From the human T2T-CHM13v2.0 reference genome, Homo sapiens: a stretch of 64,000 nt of DNA. Position 1 is the stretch's first letter. The number at the start of each line of letters is the position of its first letter. The position numbers and the translations under genes are program-made. Location of the stretch: the NCBI RefSeq assembly GCF_009914755.1, contig NC_060936.1. One strand, given 5' to 3'. This document shows positions 40,134 to 53,529 of this stretch, in pieces. The notes beneath the pieces are model-generated. The model was not told the DNA's origin. It worked only from the letters and a program-made list of their open reading frames with translations, and did no database searches.

Positions 40134-41102
40134 TGAAGGGGTGGGTTGCCCCTCCACACCTGTGGGTGTTTCTCGTAAGGTGGAACGAGAGACTTGGAAA
40201 AGAAAAAGACACAGAGACAAAGTATAGAGAAAGAAATAAGGGGACCCAGGGAACCAGCGTTGAGCATATGGAGGATCCTGCCAGCCTCTGAGTTCCCTTA
40301 GTATTTATTGATCATTCGTGGGTGTTTCTCCGAGAGGGGGATGTGTCAGGGTCACAAGACAATAGTGGGGAGAGGGTCAGCAGACAAACACGTGAACAAA
40401 GGTCTTTGCATCATAGACAAGGTAAAGAATCAAGTGCTGTGCTTTTAGATATGCATACACATAAACATCTCAATGCTTTACAAAGCAGTATTGCTGCCCG
40501 CAGGTCCCACCTCCAGCCCTAAGGCGGTTTTTCCCCTGTCTCAGTAGATGGAACGTACAATCGGGTTTTATACCAAGACATTCCATTGCCCAGGGACGGG
40601 TAGGAGACAGATGCCTTCCTCTTGTCTCAACTGCAAGAGGCATGCCTTCCTCTTATACTAATCCTCCTCAGCACAGACCCTTTATGGGTGCCGGGCTGGG
40701 GGACGGTCAGGTCTTTCCCTTCCCACGAGGCCATATTTCAGACTATCACATGGGGAGAAACCTTGGACAATACCTGGCTTTCCTAGGCAGAGGTCCCTGC
40801 GGCCTTCGCAGTTTTTGTGTCCCTGGGTACTTGAGATTAGGGAGTGGTGATGACTCTTAAGGAGCATGCTGCCTTCAAGCATTTGTTTAACAAAGCACAT
40901 CTTGCACCGCCCTTAATCCATTTAACCCTGAGTTTGACACAGCACATGTTCCAGAGAGCACGGGGTTGGGGGTAAGGTCATAGATTAACAGAATCTCAAG
41001 GCAGAAGAATTTTTCTTAGTACAGAACAAAATGGAGTCTCCTATGTCTACTTCTTTCTATACAGACACAGTAACAATCTGATCTCTCTTGCTTTTCCCCA
41101 CA
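40134..41102 (-). mobile_element. HERV-K(HML-2) solo LTR, LTR5_Hs-type, full length (969 bp)
   Basis: Minus strand TGTGGGGAAAAGCAAGAGAGATCAGATTGTTACTGTG ... GGGGCAACCCACCCCTTCA; TSD AAGAG at 40129-40133 and 41103-41107. Confidence 0.97.
40304..40574 (-). promoter_or_regulatory. LTR5_Hs core elements: TATA-like GGTATAAAA (40566-40574), OCT4 motif ATGCAAAG (40404-40411), E-box CACGTG (40389-40394), poly(A) signal AATAAA (40304-40309)
   Basis: All motifs read directly on the minus strand. The OCT4 motif lies at LTR positions 692-699, where I recall it being described for LTR5_Hs. Confidence 0.75.
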
Positions 41103-41744
41103 AAGAGTAGCTGGTTTTTCTTCCTGCCCAAGATGCCTCTTTCAGTTCCCAGGCACTTTTTAATCTGGCACAAGCAGCAGAGATCGGTGGAGCAAATGCT
41201 CTGGCTATTGGCGAGCTCTTGTTTTAATAGGGTGGTTTTTGAGAGAAGGTTAAAAAGCCTTCAGGTTTCCCCAAAATTTGCTCTGGTGTCCTTATAGAGA
41301 TGCTTAGGGATGCCAGGGATGGTTGTTTGCTAAATGTTGTTGTAACAGAGGGAGCAGGGTTTGCCAAGGTTTGGGAATCCCTGCTCAAATAAGACACTTT
41401 AAGTCAGTAATTCAACAATTGCTACACACCTGGTATAGCCTAGGTACTGTGTTAGGTGCTCTGAATCACAGTAGATTCTAAGACACAGCCCCTGTATTCA
41501 TAGAGCTACTATGTAGTGGGTAGAGGGCACTATCAAGGGATAATTAGATTGACTACTGTAGTTCTGTGGCTGAAATCTGTGAAGGAGGTAAATTGTTGCA
41601 TTTTCTGGAAGGCAGATCCAAATCAAATCAGGAGGCAGATCCAAATTAATCCAGGAAAAATTGCGTTTTGAATGTAAAGAGCTTCCTTTAATGCATTTTC
41701 TAAACTCTATGCTGTTTGTTTCTTTGGGCTACATAAATCTAGGA

Positions 41745-42155
41745 ATCATTAAGCTCCCCATGTCTGCTGGGTATGTGGGTATGCCAAGAATGCAAGGCCC
41801 TGACCTTTCTTTAACTAGGCCAAATCTCAGAGTGATGTTTGCATTGAGCACCCTTAAGAGATGAACTCCCTCTGCGATAAAGAGCAGGCCGGCTTACTGC
41901 TTGCTATGTAAGTGGGGGGATTCCCTAAGCTCAGAGTTCCTCAGCTTTGATGCAGACTCAATGTATGTGAAGCATCCATCTGGGCCTTAACATGTTGTCA
42001 CTATGGGACTTGGGGGCCAGGGAGACTGATATGAACTTGCTATTGCTCATGCTGCTTGCTGTGCTGTGAGTAATAACATCCTTTGTCTTTGACCCAAAGG
42101 TCTTGTGTCTTCTGCAGTGGCAGTCTCATTTATTAGCTTGTAAAATCCTAGGTCC
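41745..42155 (+). mobile_element. LTR40-like ERVL LTR
   Basis: GGGTATGCCAAGAATGCAAGGCCCTGAC, AAAGAGCAGGCCGGCTTACTGCTTGCTA, GCATCCATCTGGGCC. Confidence 0.65.
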
Positions 42156-42905
42156 GATTGTGCCCCTTTCACCGTGAAAGGCTGAAAGGCTTTCTGTGCT
42201 ATGCTTGGTTAAAAGGGAAGAAAAGGGCCCCATGGCAAGCTTGTTTGAACCTCAAAGTGTCACAATCACATAATAATACAGTTCTACCTGAGCTGGCATC
42301 ATCAGAGTGCTAAGAGAGATAATCTGAAATGAAATGAGATGGATTATTCTAGAACAGAGGTTTCTAAAGTGTTTTCATGTTGATAGCTGAACACTTTTTT
42401 CCCCAAGTAATTTATAAGGAACTACAATATATACAAAGATCTCAGTTATAAAACTACTGTTTTAAGGATACATTTTGGATTTGAAGGCTACTTAAATTTG
42501 TGTAATTTAGTTGTATATGAAAGAACATCCCTAATTCTGCTTTGGTGGGAGTTGATCTGTAAGGCAGCCCAGGCATTCTTGTGCTGGTTTAAATACAAGG
42601 TGTTTGGCAGTGGAGGGCTCCTGACAGGGAAGGCAGCTAATTTTCCACCCACAAGCCTCATAGGGAGGACTTCATCTTTGTGTATTTACCACATTCTTCT
42701 ATCTGTCCTTCGGATACCTGATTTATCAGTACAGCAGAAGTGGCTTCTCAGGGCTGACTCACATTAACTGTGCATAGGAGACTGATGTACAAACCAGCAT
42801 CATATTTAAGGGATGTATTATACAAAGAGAACTAGAAGAGTTTTGGAACTGGAGAAATTACCTAGGGCACTGCGTTGGCATAGATACTCAAGTTTGTGGT
42901 CTAAG

Positions 42906-43236
42906 CAGGAGTTGGCAAACTGACCTGGGGGGCAAATATGGCCCACTACCTGTTTCTGTATGGCCTCTGAGCTAAGAATGGTTTATACATTTTCAGTGGC
43001 TGAAAAAAAAGTAAAGAATGCTGTTTTATAATATGTAAAAATCATAAGAAATTCAAATTTCAGTGTCCATAAATAAAGTTTTGTTAAAATAGAGCCATTC
43101 AAGTGAATAGACTCGTTCATTTACATCTTGCCTGTGGCTGTTTTCATGCTGCAACAGCAGCACTGAGTAGTTGGGACAGAGACCGTAAGGCCTGCTAAGC
43201 CTAAGATATTCATCTCTGACGCTTTATAGGAAAAAG
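42906..43236. mobile_element. MER58B (hAT-Charlie), followed by a MER5-like fragment to ~43400
   Basis: CAGGAGTTGGCAAAC...GAGCTAAGAATGGTT...AAATTCAAATTTCAGTGTCCATAAATAAAG...GAGTAGTTGGGACAGAGACC. Confidence 0.8.
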
Positions 43237-45186
43237 TCTAGAGTCGTGATTCTTAAAATGCAATATGCATACAGATTTTCCAGAAAGCTTATGAAAAAGT
43301 AGATTCTGATTTGGTGGGTCGGGAGGAGGGGCCTGAAATTCCACATTTCTAACCAGCTCCCAGCTGATGCTACTGGTGTCTGAGTGGCAGGCATAGAACC
43401 GCTTTTCCACTGGGTGGCACTTGGATGGCCCAACTTCTTGCCCCTGTAGGGTAGATTTTGATCTGATCATCCTCTGCTCTTTACGTAGTCTTTCTCCAGA
43501 CTGGGTACAACACACTAGCAAAAATTTCCACATGTTAAACTCTTTCAGTCTGCCTTCCTAAGGTCACATCCAATCTATCTGGATTAAAGAAGATTCTTGG
43601 CTTATTCCCATGTGTGGTTACCGCCTAGAAATCCACAGTGTCTGTACATTTCACTGGTTGAAGTCTCAGAGAAAAATCTGAAACCCATATTGTTTGGGGG
43701 AGCCTCATTGTTGACATCATGCCACAACCTACATTCCTAGATCCAGTGGGCATGGCTGGATGTTGCATTGAGAAATAAGACTCTTGGAATTCACAATTAG
43801 AAGGACATTTACTTTCTTTCTGAATAATATCTCTCAACAATCCTTTAAAAACTTTTCAGGGCCTAGCACCCAGGACCTGACACTCAGTAGATGAGATATT
43901 TAAGAAATGCATGACTAGACATCTAATAAATTCCCAGCATTCAGCATTATTCAACCTTCCTACGGCTTCAGCCGGAAGGACCAACTTGCCATTTCCCAAA
44001 CTGGCCGTAGGTTTTCATATTTCTGTGTTTCCTCAATGAGTTTTCCTTTTATGGGAAGGCCCTTTCCTACCTTCTCTCCCTGGCAAATGACTTCTCCAAA
44101 AGGTAATTCGTTCAAATGGTGCGTTTTGCCAGAAGCCATTCCCATCTGCCCCAGGTGATGTTGTTAGCACTCCCCTGTGATTCTGTTGCTTTCCATTCCA
44201 TGCATCCCAGATTAGGACCACTCACCCATATGACATCTTTGTTCAAATTAGGGAAAGTCACCCCTCCTATTTAGCTGACACAGTCCTACACCAAGGCCTT
44301 GGAGAGAGGAGTGTGTGAGAGTTGTTGGGGAGAGAGAAAGAAGATAGAAAGAGAAAAATGTTGAATAATAACCTAAAAGGATATAGGCCTTCAAGTTTAG
44401 AAAACATTTTAGCATGTATTAGTGTATTAGATCCTGAATGCATGGATGTGAAGATAGTAGTCCTGTTACTTATCAGGTATATCAGACAGGTTTTCGTTAT
44501 TTTGTAGGTGGGAAACAGACTCAGAGAGGTTGTTTGACTAACTTATGGTCACACAGCTCATGGATCTTAGAGCTGAGTTATAAATCCAGCTCTCTTCCCT
44601 GATCCCTGTTTGTGACATGCATAGTTTGGCTTTCAGAGGAGAGTGTCATTCCTCTTTAAGGGATGATCGAGAGAGCTGCCCCAGGAGAGAGGAGGGACTT
44701 CCATGTGATTGTTGCATTAGCTCAGCTCTGAATGGTTTCTTCTGTTTAATAAACCTTGTTAATTTTACTACTGCTTGTTCTTGGCTCCACCACACAGCAG
44801 TGGTTTAGGCAATATGTTCAAAAAATGTGCTAATTACAGGCTGTAATTTTCTTCCATCCTAAAATAAATACTTAGCATTTTAGTACTTGGAGAGGGAAAT
44901 AGTTTAGTGGAGCTAGAAGAGTCACGAAGCTTGGGGGCTGTTGGGAGGGGCTGAAGAACATGGAAGCAGAATGTGCAAGGATAGAAAAAAATAGAAGTTT
45001 TTGGAAGGCTGTGGTGTCTGGGGTCTATTTAGTGGGAGTGGTGTTATGTATGTGGGTGTGTGCAAGTTTGGGGGATACTTGGGGGATGCTGTGCAGAGAG
45101 AGGCAGAGGGAAGGGGGTGCTTGCTACCTGCTCACCAAACTCTGTTCCTTCTCTTCCGTGGTGCAATTCTGTCATTCAAGAAGTGT

Positions 45187-45187
45187 G

Positions 45188-45218
<31 letters not shown>

Positions 45219-45318
45219 GAGCTGAGCATGGTAGCTTATGCCTGTAATCCCAACACTTTGGGAGGCTGAAGTAGGAAGATTGCTTGAGCTTGGAAGTTCA
45301 AGACCAGCTTGGGAAACA
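45187..45318. mobile_element. (GTTTT)n antisense Alu-type tail fused to a sense FLAM/AluJ left-monomer fragment
   Basis: TTTTGTTTTTTGA is followed immediately by GCTGAGCATGGTAGCTTATGCCTGTAATCCCAACACTTTGGGAGG...GGGAAACA. Confidence 0.75.
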
Positions 45319-45539
45319 CCAGGCTTTCAGCAAATGCTCCTTGAGTGTGTGAGGTACTGTATTGAGCAGCATAGAATTGGACACTGTTGACCATATCATT
45401 CTTTAGTTGATGAGATCTGGGCCCTCATAAGCCCTCATGTTTGGACAGTGCCTCCTGGTTTACAAAGAGCTTCCTTGAACATGATCTCAGTTCAGCATCA
45501 CAATAACCCTCTGAGATGAAAAGGGGTAGGGAAAGAACA

Positions 45540-45990
45540 GGAAGGAACTAACAGGAACTGTGGGAGTTCAGAATGAGGGATTATTTCTAGCTGCAGGAGG
45601 GACCCATAGAAGTCTCCTGAGAAAGTGGCATTGAGATGGGCTTTTAAAGAAAGGTGAGAGAGCAGAGAACAGTATTCCGGGTGGAGGCCACATCGTAGGC
45701 AAAGTCACAGAGATGTGAAAGCGTGGGTGTGTCTATGGGACTAGGGGAGGTGATCAATGGGGCTGGAGTATAGGCTGCCTGCAGGACAGTGTGGGAGGCC
45801 AGACTGAAAACAACCACAGGGCTCAGAGAGCAGCATCATTTCATTAGGATCATCATCTTCATTCCCCTCTTTAAAAACACACTTCCAGACCACTTGCTCT
45901 ATGCCAGGCACTTGGCTAGGTATGGGAGACACAAAAGATATCATGTACAGTTCCTGCCTTGAGGGCATTTACAACCCATCAAGGAGAACT
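45540..45990 (-). mobile_element. L2 fragments
   Basis: GAGAAAGTGGCATTGAGATGGGCTTT and CTATGCCAGGCACTTGGCTAGGTATGGGAGACACAAAA. Confidence 0.55.
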
Positions 45991-46276
45991 GCCACACACA
46001 CACCAACCTTAAACGAAATGCGTAGAAGTTACTTGGAAAGTTTGCACTTCCATTTAACGTGTGCATGTTCAGAAGAATGGAGGCCTGCAAGAGTTCCCTT
46101 TTCACATGTACTTGGAGCTTTCCCTTGAAGGGCCCTCTAATTAAGTCTTTGGGGAGGCAGTGCAGCACAGTGGTTGCAACCACAGTCTCTGGAGTCCGAA
46201 GGCCTGGGTTGAAATTTGGGCTGCAGCACTGACGACCTACAACTCCCTGGTGGAGTCTTTAGTTCTCTATCCTTGG

Positions 46277-46637
46277 TGATATGGTTTGGCTGTGTCCCCA
46301 CCCAAATCTCATCTTGAATTATAATTCCCATAATTCCCTTGTGTTGTGGAGCGACCCAGTGGGAGATAATTGAATCATGGGGACGATTTCTCCCATACTG
46401 TTCTCATGGTAGTGAATAAGTCTCATGAAATCTGATGGTTTTATAAGCAGAAACCCCTTTCACTTGGCTCTCTCTCTTTGCCTGCTGCCATCCACATAAG
46501 ACGTGACTTGCTCCTCCTTGCCTTCTGTCATGATTGTGAGGCCTCCCCAGCCATGTGGACCTGTAAGTCCATTAAACCTGTTTTTCTTCCCAGTCTGGGG
46601 TACGTCTTTATCAGCAGTGTGAAAACAGACTAATACA
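46277..46637 (+). mobile_element. THE1B-like solo LTR, inserted in a MIR
   Basis: TGATATGGTTTGGCTGTGTCCCCACCCAAATCTC...GACTAATACA; perfect 5-bp TSD CTTGG (46272-46276, 46638-46642). Confidence 0.93.
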
Positions 46638-47693
46638 CTTGGTTACCTTGTCTATAAAATAACGATCCAAAGGCAACCTGGTTGATTGGGTTGTCATATC
46701 AGCTAAGACAATGCAGAAAAATAGTACCATGCATGATACCCAATTAACCCAATAGCAAATAAGTAAGCACGATGCTGCTGGCTGTGGCTTGCATACTGTA
46801 GCTGAGCCGAAGTAGAGTCTCTGAGCAAGGAGGGCACCATGGAACATGTTCTTCTGGGAGTCCCGCTCAGAAAGCAAAGCTGGGTGAGTGTGCAAGGTCG
46901 TTGTGGTGCTGCCAAGTCATTGTGGAGCCTCGCTAGCATATCTTGGCTTAAAGGAGTAGGGATTTCTTAATAAATCAGGTGTTTCTTGTAGACACTCCCC
47001 ACCCCCAGCAGTGCTGGAATGTGCAGAGGATGTTTTGAATGTGTCACCACTGATAGTTACATGCCGTCCTGTTGCAGTGCGTTTCCAGGAGCTAAACCAA
47101 GGCCAGGGTCAGGGAGCCCAGCTTTGTGGCAGCGGATGATACATTCCTCTGAAATACACCAACTCCTTGAGAGCTTCCTTCAATTATACTGCCCCGCGTG
47201 AGTTTGCACACCCTCACACACAATTGGCTTTCCTCTCTTAGGAGTTTGGGATATTTCAAGGCTTGCTAATCAGCTGTGTTTATTAGATAGCCTTTGTTTT
47301 CCCCTTCTAAGACAGGAAGCTCATTAGAAACAAGCACAAACTATCAACTTTCAACCCAGAGTTGAAAATGTTCCCTGAGAATTGGGGATATTTTTCAAGG
47401 GAGTCATATTCAGAGGCACAGCCCAACTCACGGTAGCTAAGCTGACAAGTAGGCTCTAGGTAATCCACATTCCAAGGATTTTGAGGTTCCCATGAGATGA
47501 ATGCTTTCCCTCCATGATTATACCTTGCAGCTAGAAATATAAGGAAAAGCTGGGGCAAACTATAATACAGCAGGTAGTGACAATGGCCCTGGAGCCAGAT
47601 GAAATGGGCTCATGTTCTGGCTTAGCCATTTACTAATTATGTGACCTTGGGCAAGTCACTGACCTTCAAATTCCTCATCCTTAAATAGGGGTA

Positions 47694-47990
47694 GGCCGGG
47701 AGGGTGACTCACGTCTGTAATCTCAGCACTTTGGGATCCTGAGGTGGGTGGATTGCTTGAGCACAGAAGTTAGAGACCAGCCTGGGCAACATAATGAGAC
47801 CCCGTCTCTATAAAAAATTTTTTAAAAATCAGCTGGGTGTGTGATGGTGTGCACCTGTGGTCCCAGCTACTTAGGGGTCTGAGTCAGGAGGATTGCTTGA
47901 GCCTGGGAGTTTGAGACTGCTATGAACTATGATTGAGCCACTATACTTCAGCCTGGGTGACAGAGTGAGACCCTGTCTGAAAAAAAAACA
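47694..47990 (+). mobile_element. AluJ, inserted in a MIR (~47590-48060)
   Basis: GGCCGGGAGGGTGACTCACGTCTGTAATC...GGATTGCTTGAGCC...GACCCTGTCTGAAAAAAAA. Confidence 0.88.
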
Positions 47991-48304
47991 AGGGTGGTAC
48001 TACCCACTTCATAGGATTATTGTGAGCTTTACGTGAAGGCCTTACGTGATTGTTAGTTATTATTATTTATAGTAGCTTTCATTTATTCATTCATTCCTTT
48101 ACTCAACTGATACTGATTTGGTACTTTCTATGTGCCAGGTGTTGTGTTTGGTGTAGGAACTATGTAATAAAATGAGTTCTTGTCCCTGCTCTTGAAGAGG
48201 TCACCACTCAATGAGAGAGACAACATGTACACAGGTTTTATGAAGCAGTGTGAACAATGCATGCAACAGGCTTTGGGAGCACAGTGGAGGGACACCTAGC
48301 TCTA

Positions 48305-48910
48305 GTTGATGGTGGTTGTGGTAGTGATAGCCCAAGTGTACCACGATGGAAGTAATAATGATGGTGATGATGAGGATGTTGGTCATGCTGGTAATGGTTT
48401 GCTTGTAAGGATGGTAGTAATGATGGGGACTATGAGATGGTGGTGATGGTTGTGGTAGTAATGATTCCAGCAGGATGTCATAATGATGACAGAGACATTT
48501 AGATTGGTGATAGTGGTGGCCATGATGGTGGTGACAGTGGTGATGGTTTACCATGAGGATGGTAGTGAAGATGGCATTGCTGCTGATAGTGGTGATGGTG
48601 GCCATACAATGGTAATCAAGATGTCAGTAACAGGATTGTAGTCAAGATGGTAGTAAACAATACAGTGGTGATGGTGATGGTGAGGGTGGCAATGGTGGTA
48701 TTAATGTTTTGAGAAAGGATGGTACTAGAGATGGTACAGATGATGGTGACAGTGTGATGGTGGCAGTGGTAGCAATGACTGTGATAGGATAGCAGTAATG
48801 GTGTAATGGCAGTGATCATGGTGAGAGCAGGTAGAAGTGGCAGTGATTTGCCCTGAGGATGCTAGTAAAGATGGTAGTGATGACCATGTGGAGGTGGTGG
48901 TGGTGGCATG
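48305..48910. repeat. Degenerate (TGG/TGA)n trinucleotide low-complexity block
   Basis: Directly visible; source of the H/T-rich ORFs. Confidence 0.9.
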
Positions 48911-49009
48911 ATGTGAGAAGACAGCTGTTCTCTTCCTACCCTTCCCAAGATTATGATTAAGAAAATCCCAAACATGATATTATTTCATCTGTAAATGTAA
49001 ACTATATCT

Positions 49010-51330
49010 TTAAATTTAAATTTTCTAACTTTGTTGCTAGTGTGTAGACATGAAAATGGTTTTTGAAAATTGACATAAGATCTAGTAACCTTGTAAATCT
49101 CTCATCATTTATACTGATTTGTCTGCAGATTCAATGGGGTCTTCTACATAGACAATCATATCATCAGCTAACAGAGTTTTGTTTCTTTCTTTTTAATACT
49201 TATGCCTTTTATTTATTTTTCCTGGAGGATTATACGATGTCTTCCAGTTTAGTGTGAAAAAGAGGTAGTGAGAATGGTATCTGTCTTTTTCCTGATTCTA
49301 ATTGTAATAATTCTAACATTTTACAAATATCAAATATTAAAATAATGCTTATTACAGGTTTAATAGGTATCCTATATGAGGTTATGAAACTTTGTTCTGT
49401 TGTTATCCTGGTTTGCTAAGAGATTTTTTTGATTGTTGTTTAATTATGAATATTTGTTGAATTTTATCAAAGGCTTTTTCTGTTTGTACTGAAAAGATTA
49501 TATGGTGCTTTGGGCACTTCCCATGTATGACTTCAGAGTTGCGCAGCCTTAATTTTTTTCTTATTTCAGCCACTGATGCAGTGACCAATTTTGTGTGAGC
49601 ACTTATCAGTTTCACACAGGTGCACCCTGACAGCAATTAACCTTTGGGTCTCACTGCATGCCTCTTCCTGTCTCTGTTGATGCGCAGTGGGAAACAGTAT
49701 GAGAACCATTTGGCACTCACCAAAATTTATTCATTGAGAAAAAGGATTTGTCATTTATCTGTATAGACAGTGCTGAAATGCATTTTACGTGGCCATTCAT
49801 GCAGTCCCATGGGCTTGCGTCACTCATGCAGCAGCGGCTTGATAATTTGTCTTGGTGTTAGTTTTCTTTCCTCTCTGACTCTCCTTTCTTCTTACCGCTC
49901 ACTCTTGCTCTCTGGCTTTCATGCCTCAGAAAAGTACTCACACTTTATCCTTTGTTTCTGGGGAATTCAGAATATAATTTTTTTTCTCTTTTAGTCTATT
50001 TATGTGTTGAATTACATTTATAAAGTTTCTGATGTTAAATTACCCATGCATTTCCTTGGATAGTTCAGCCTGGTCACAAAGTTATAGTTAAAAAAATTTT
50101 TTTATTATACTATTTTGTTTGGAAATTTCACATCTGTGTTCATGAGTAAGACTGATGTATAATTTTTCTTTTTTAAACCTTCTTTGTCTGTTTTTGGTGT
50201 CAGTATTATATTAGCCTCACAAAATAAGTTGTAGAATGTTCTTTCTTTTCAATTACCTGGAAAAGATATTTGAATTTGAATATTTGAATGGTTTGTTCCT
50301 TGAAAGTTTGTGAAATGTATTCTATGAAATAGTTTGGGCTGGCTATTTTTCAGAAGGATTTATATTGCTGATTAAATTCCCTCAACAGTTATAAGATTAT
50401 ACAGGGTTTCGATTTCTCCTTGAGTCAGTTTTGGTTATTTAGCTTTCCTAGGAATTTATATATTTTAATCTATACGTCAAATTTATTAACATTAAATTTA
50501 AATGTATTAATATTAAATATTCACTTATTTTCAGTCTGTATGATAGTTATATTCCTCTTTTATTCCTAATATTTCTTACTTATATGTTTGTTTGTTTGCT
50601 TTTGATCAGGCTCACTACTGGTTTATCAGTGTCTTTAGTCTTCTCAGAGAACAAACTTCCAGCTTTGTTGACCTTTTTCCTTATGTTTTTGTTTTATATT
50701 ATGTTGGTATTATTATTCTATTCTTTTAATAACTTTTTTAGTTGGTTGCTCAGCTCATTAATTTTAAGCCTTTCTTCTTTCCTAATATAAACATTTCAGG
50801 GTATAAACCTGTTTTGAAGTATTATTTTCATTGCACCCTGTGAGTATTAATATATAGTATTATTGTTACAATTGAGTTCTATGTACTTTTAAATTTCCGT
50901 TTTGGCTTCTCTTTTCCCCATGAGTGATTTATAAGTTTATTTTTATAATTCCAAGTGTGTTTAAATTTTTTATTGATGTCTAACTTAATTGCATTGTAAT
51001 TAAAAAATATCTACTATAGGATACTCATTTTTAAAAATTCATTGAGACTTTAAGTACTGCATGGCAATTTTAAAGTAAATGTTTTATGTTTTATGTGTGT
51101 TTGAGACACACATCTTCTAATTATTGGAAGTAGGATTCTAAATATGTCTTTAAATCAAGCTTGTCAATGGATTGTTAGGATTTTCTGCATTTTTTGTTTT
51201 TTCATTTGCTTGATCAATCAATCATTGAGATGATGGTTTTGCTGATTTTCTCCCCATAGTTCTATTAATTTTTGATCTATATAATTTGAGATTATTTTAG
51301 TAAATATGTGCATGTTTAGTATTGTTATAT
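49010..51330 (-). mobile_element. Old L1M ORF2 region, interrupted by a non-L1 block at ~49506-49970
   Basis: AT-rich antisense L1 ORF2. The minus-strand translation includes HIIFSVQTEKAFDKIQQIF, matching the L1 RT motif ISIDAEKAFDKIQHPF. Confidence 0.8.
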
Positions 51331-52372
51331 TAAAATGGTTAAACTTTGTAGCAGTCTGCACTTCTCTATCATTGTACTTACACAGTCTATTGTAATTACC
51401 TAATTATAAGTTCACATCTCCCACAGACTATAATTTCTGGGAGTTCATGCAACAAATCTGAATTGTTCAGCTAGCACAGTGCTCAATTAATAATTGTTAA
51501 ATGAATGGATGCGTGAATGAATTGTCCTTTACCTTTCTGATATGGCAAATGATTAACACTGGATTATATATAATGGAATCTCTTGTTTTGTGCCTAAATA
51601 TATGTAGGAGTGTCAGATTTGCAATGCATATGAAGCTAGATCTCAAACATCCATATCTTGGTGTAGAAGGCCTCTTCATTTTACAAAGAGCTCATCTGCT
51701 GAGGCATTTCTTGTTACAGAATTTTGATGGTGACTGTGTTTCCACTTGGTTGACAATCTTTCTTCCTACCCTTCTTTTTTTTTTTTTTTTTGAGATTTCC
51801 ATTTGGAGAAAACAGAAAGTCAGCAGATTCTTTTTCTCCCTTGAGTTAATTCAAAGCGCTGATGAAGGAAAAGAGGGAGAGTGAATCTATAAAGGACAAT
51901 GGAAAAGTCCCCTTTCCATATTTTGTCTGGAGGATCTGAGATTAGATTGGGAGTTTCTGTAGCCTTGGTATGAAAGAATACAAAGGACTTTAGCTCTAAA
52001 AGTATTTAAAGCCATTTTTGTCACCAACAGGATAGGCCAAATGAAAGCTCCTTCCTCCCTTGGTCCCAGGTGTAGATTTGGGGAAGTGGGCAGCTATTTC
52101 AAATCTATTACCAAAACGCTTTGAGTGAGCACCTCCTCTGCCCCAGGTTTTATGCTAAACACCATGGTTGCAAAGAGGCATAAGACTCTTCAAGGAACTG
52201 AAGCTCTTTGGGTGGGGGAAAGGGTAACAGGTTTTGTACAGTTATTAGCAAGTTCAGTGACCTCACAAACCTGCCCTGTGAGTGGCATCTTAGATACTCT
52301 GGGCTACAAGAGCCTGAGCAGATTCAACAACAACAATTTTTGTGTGCATGTGGCATGAATCATTACAAATAA

Positions 52373-53410
<1,038 letters not shown>

Positions 53411-53529
53411 TGGTTTTCTGAGGAACCTAGGAATTATCTTTTATTTTTCTTATTTTGCAGATTAGCAAACTGAGGCTCTGAGAGAGACTCTGCAATTAGG
53501 GCTTGACTATAACCTGGTTAATAAGTAAT

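Noticed and set aside
48201-48819. His/Thr-rich ORFs
   Set aside because: Low-complexity (TGG/TGA)n DNA.
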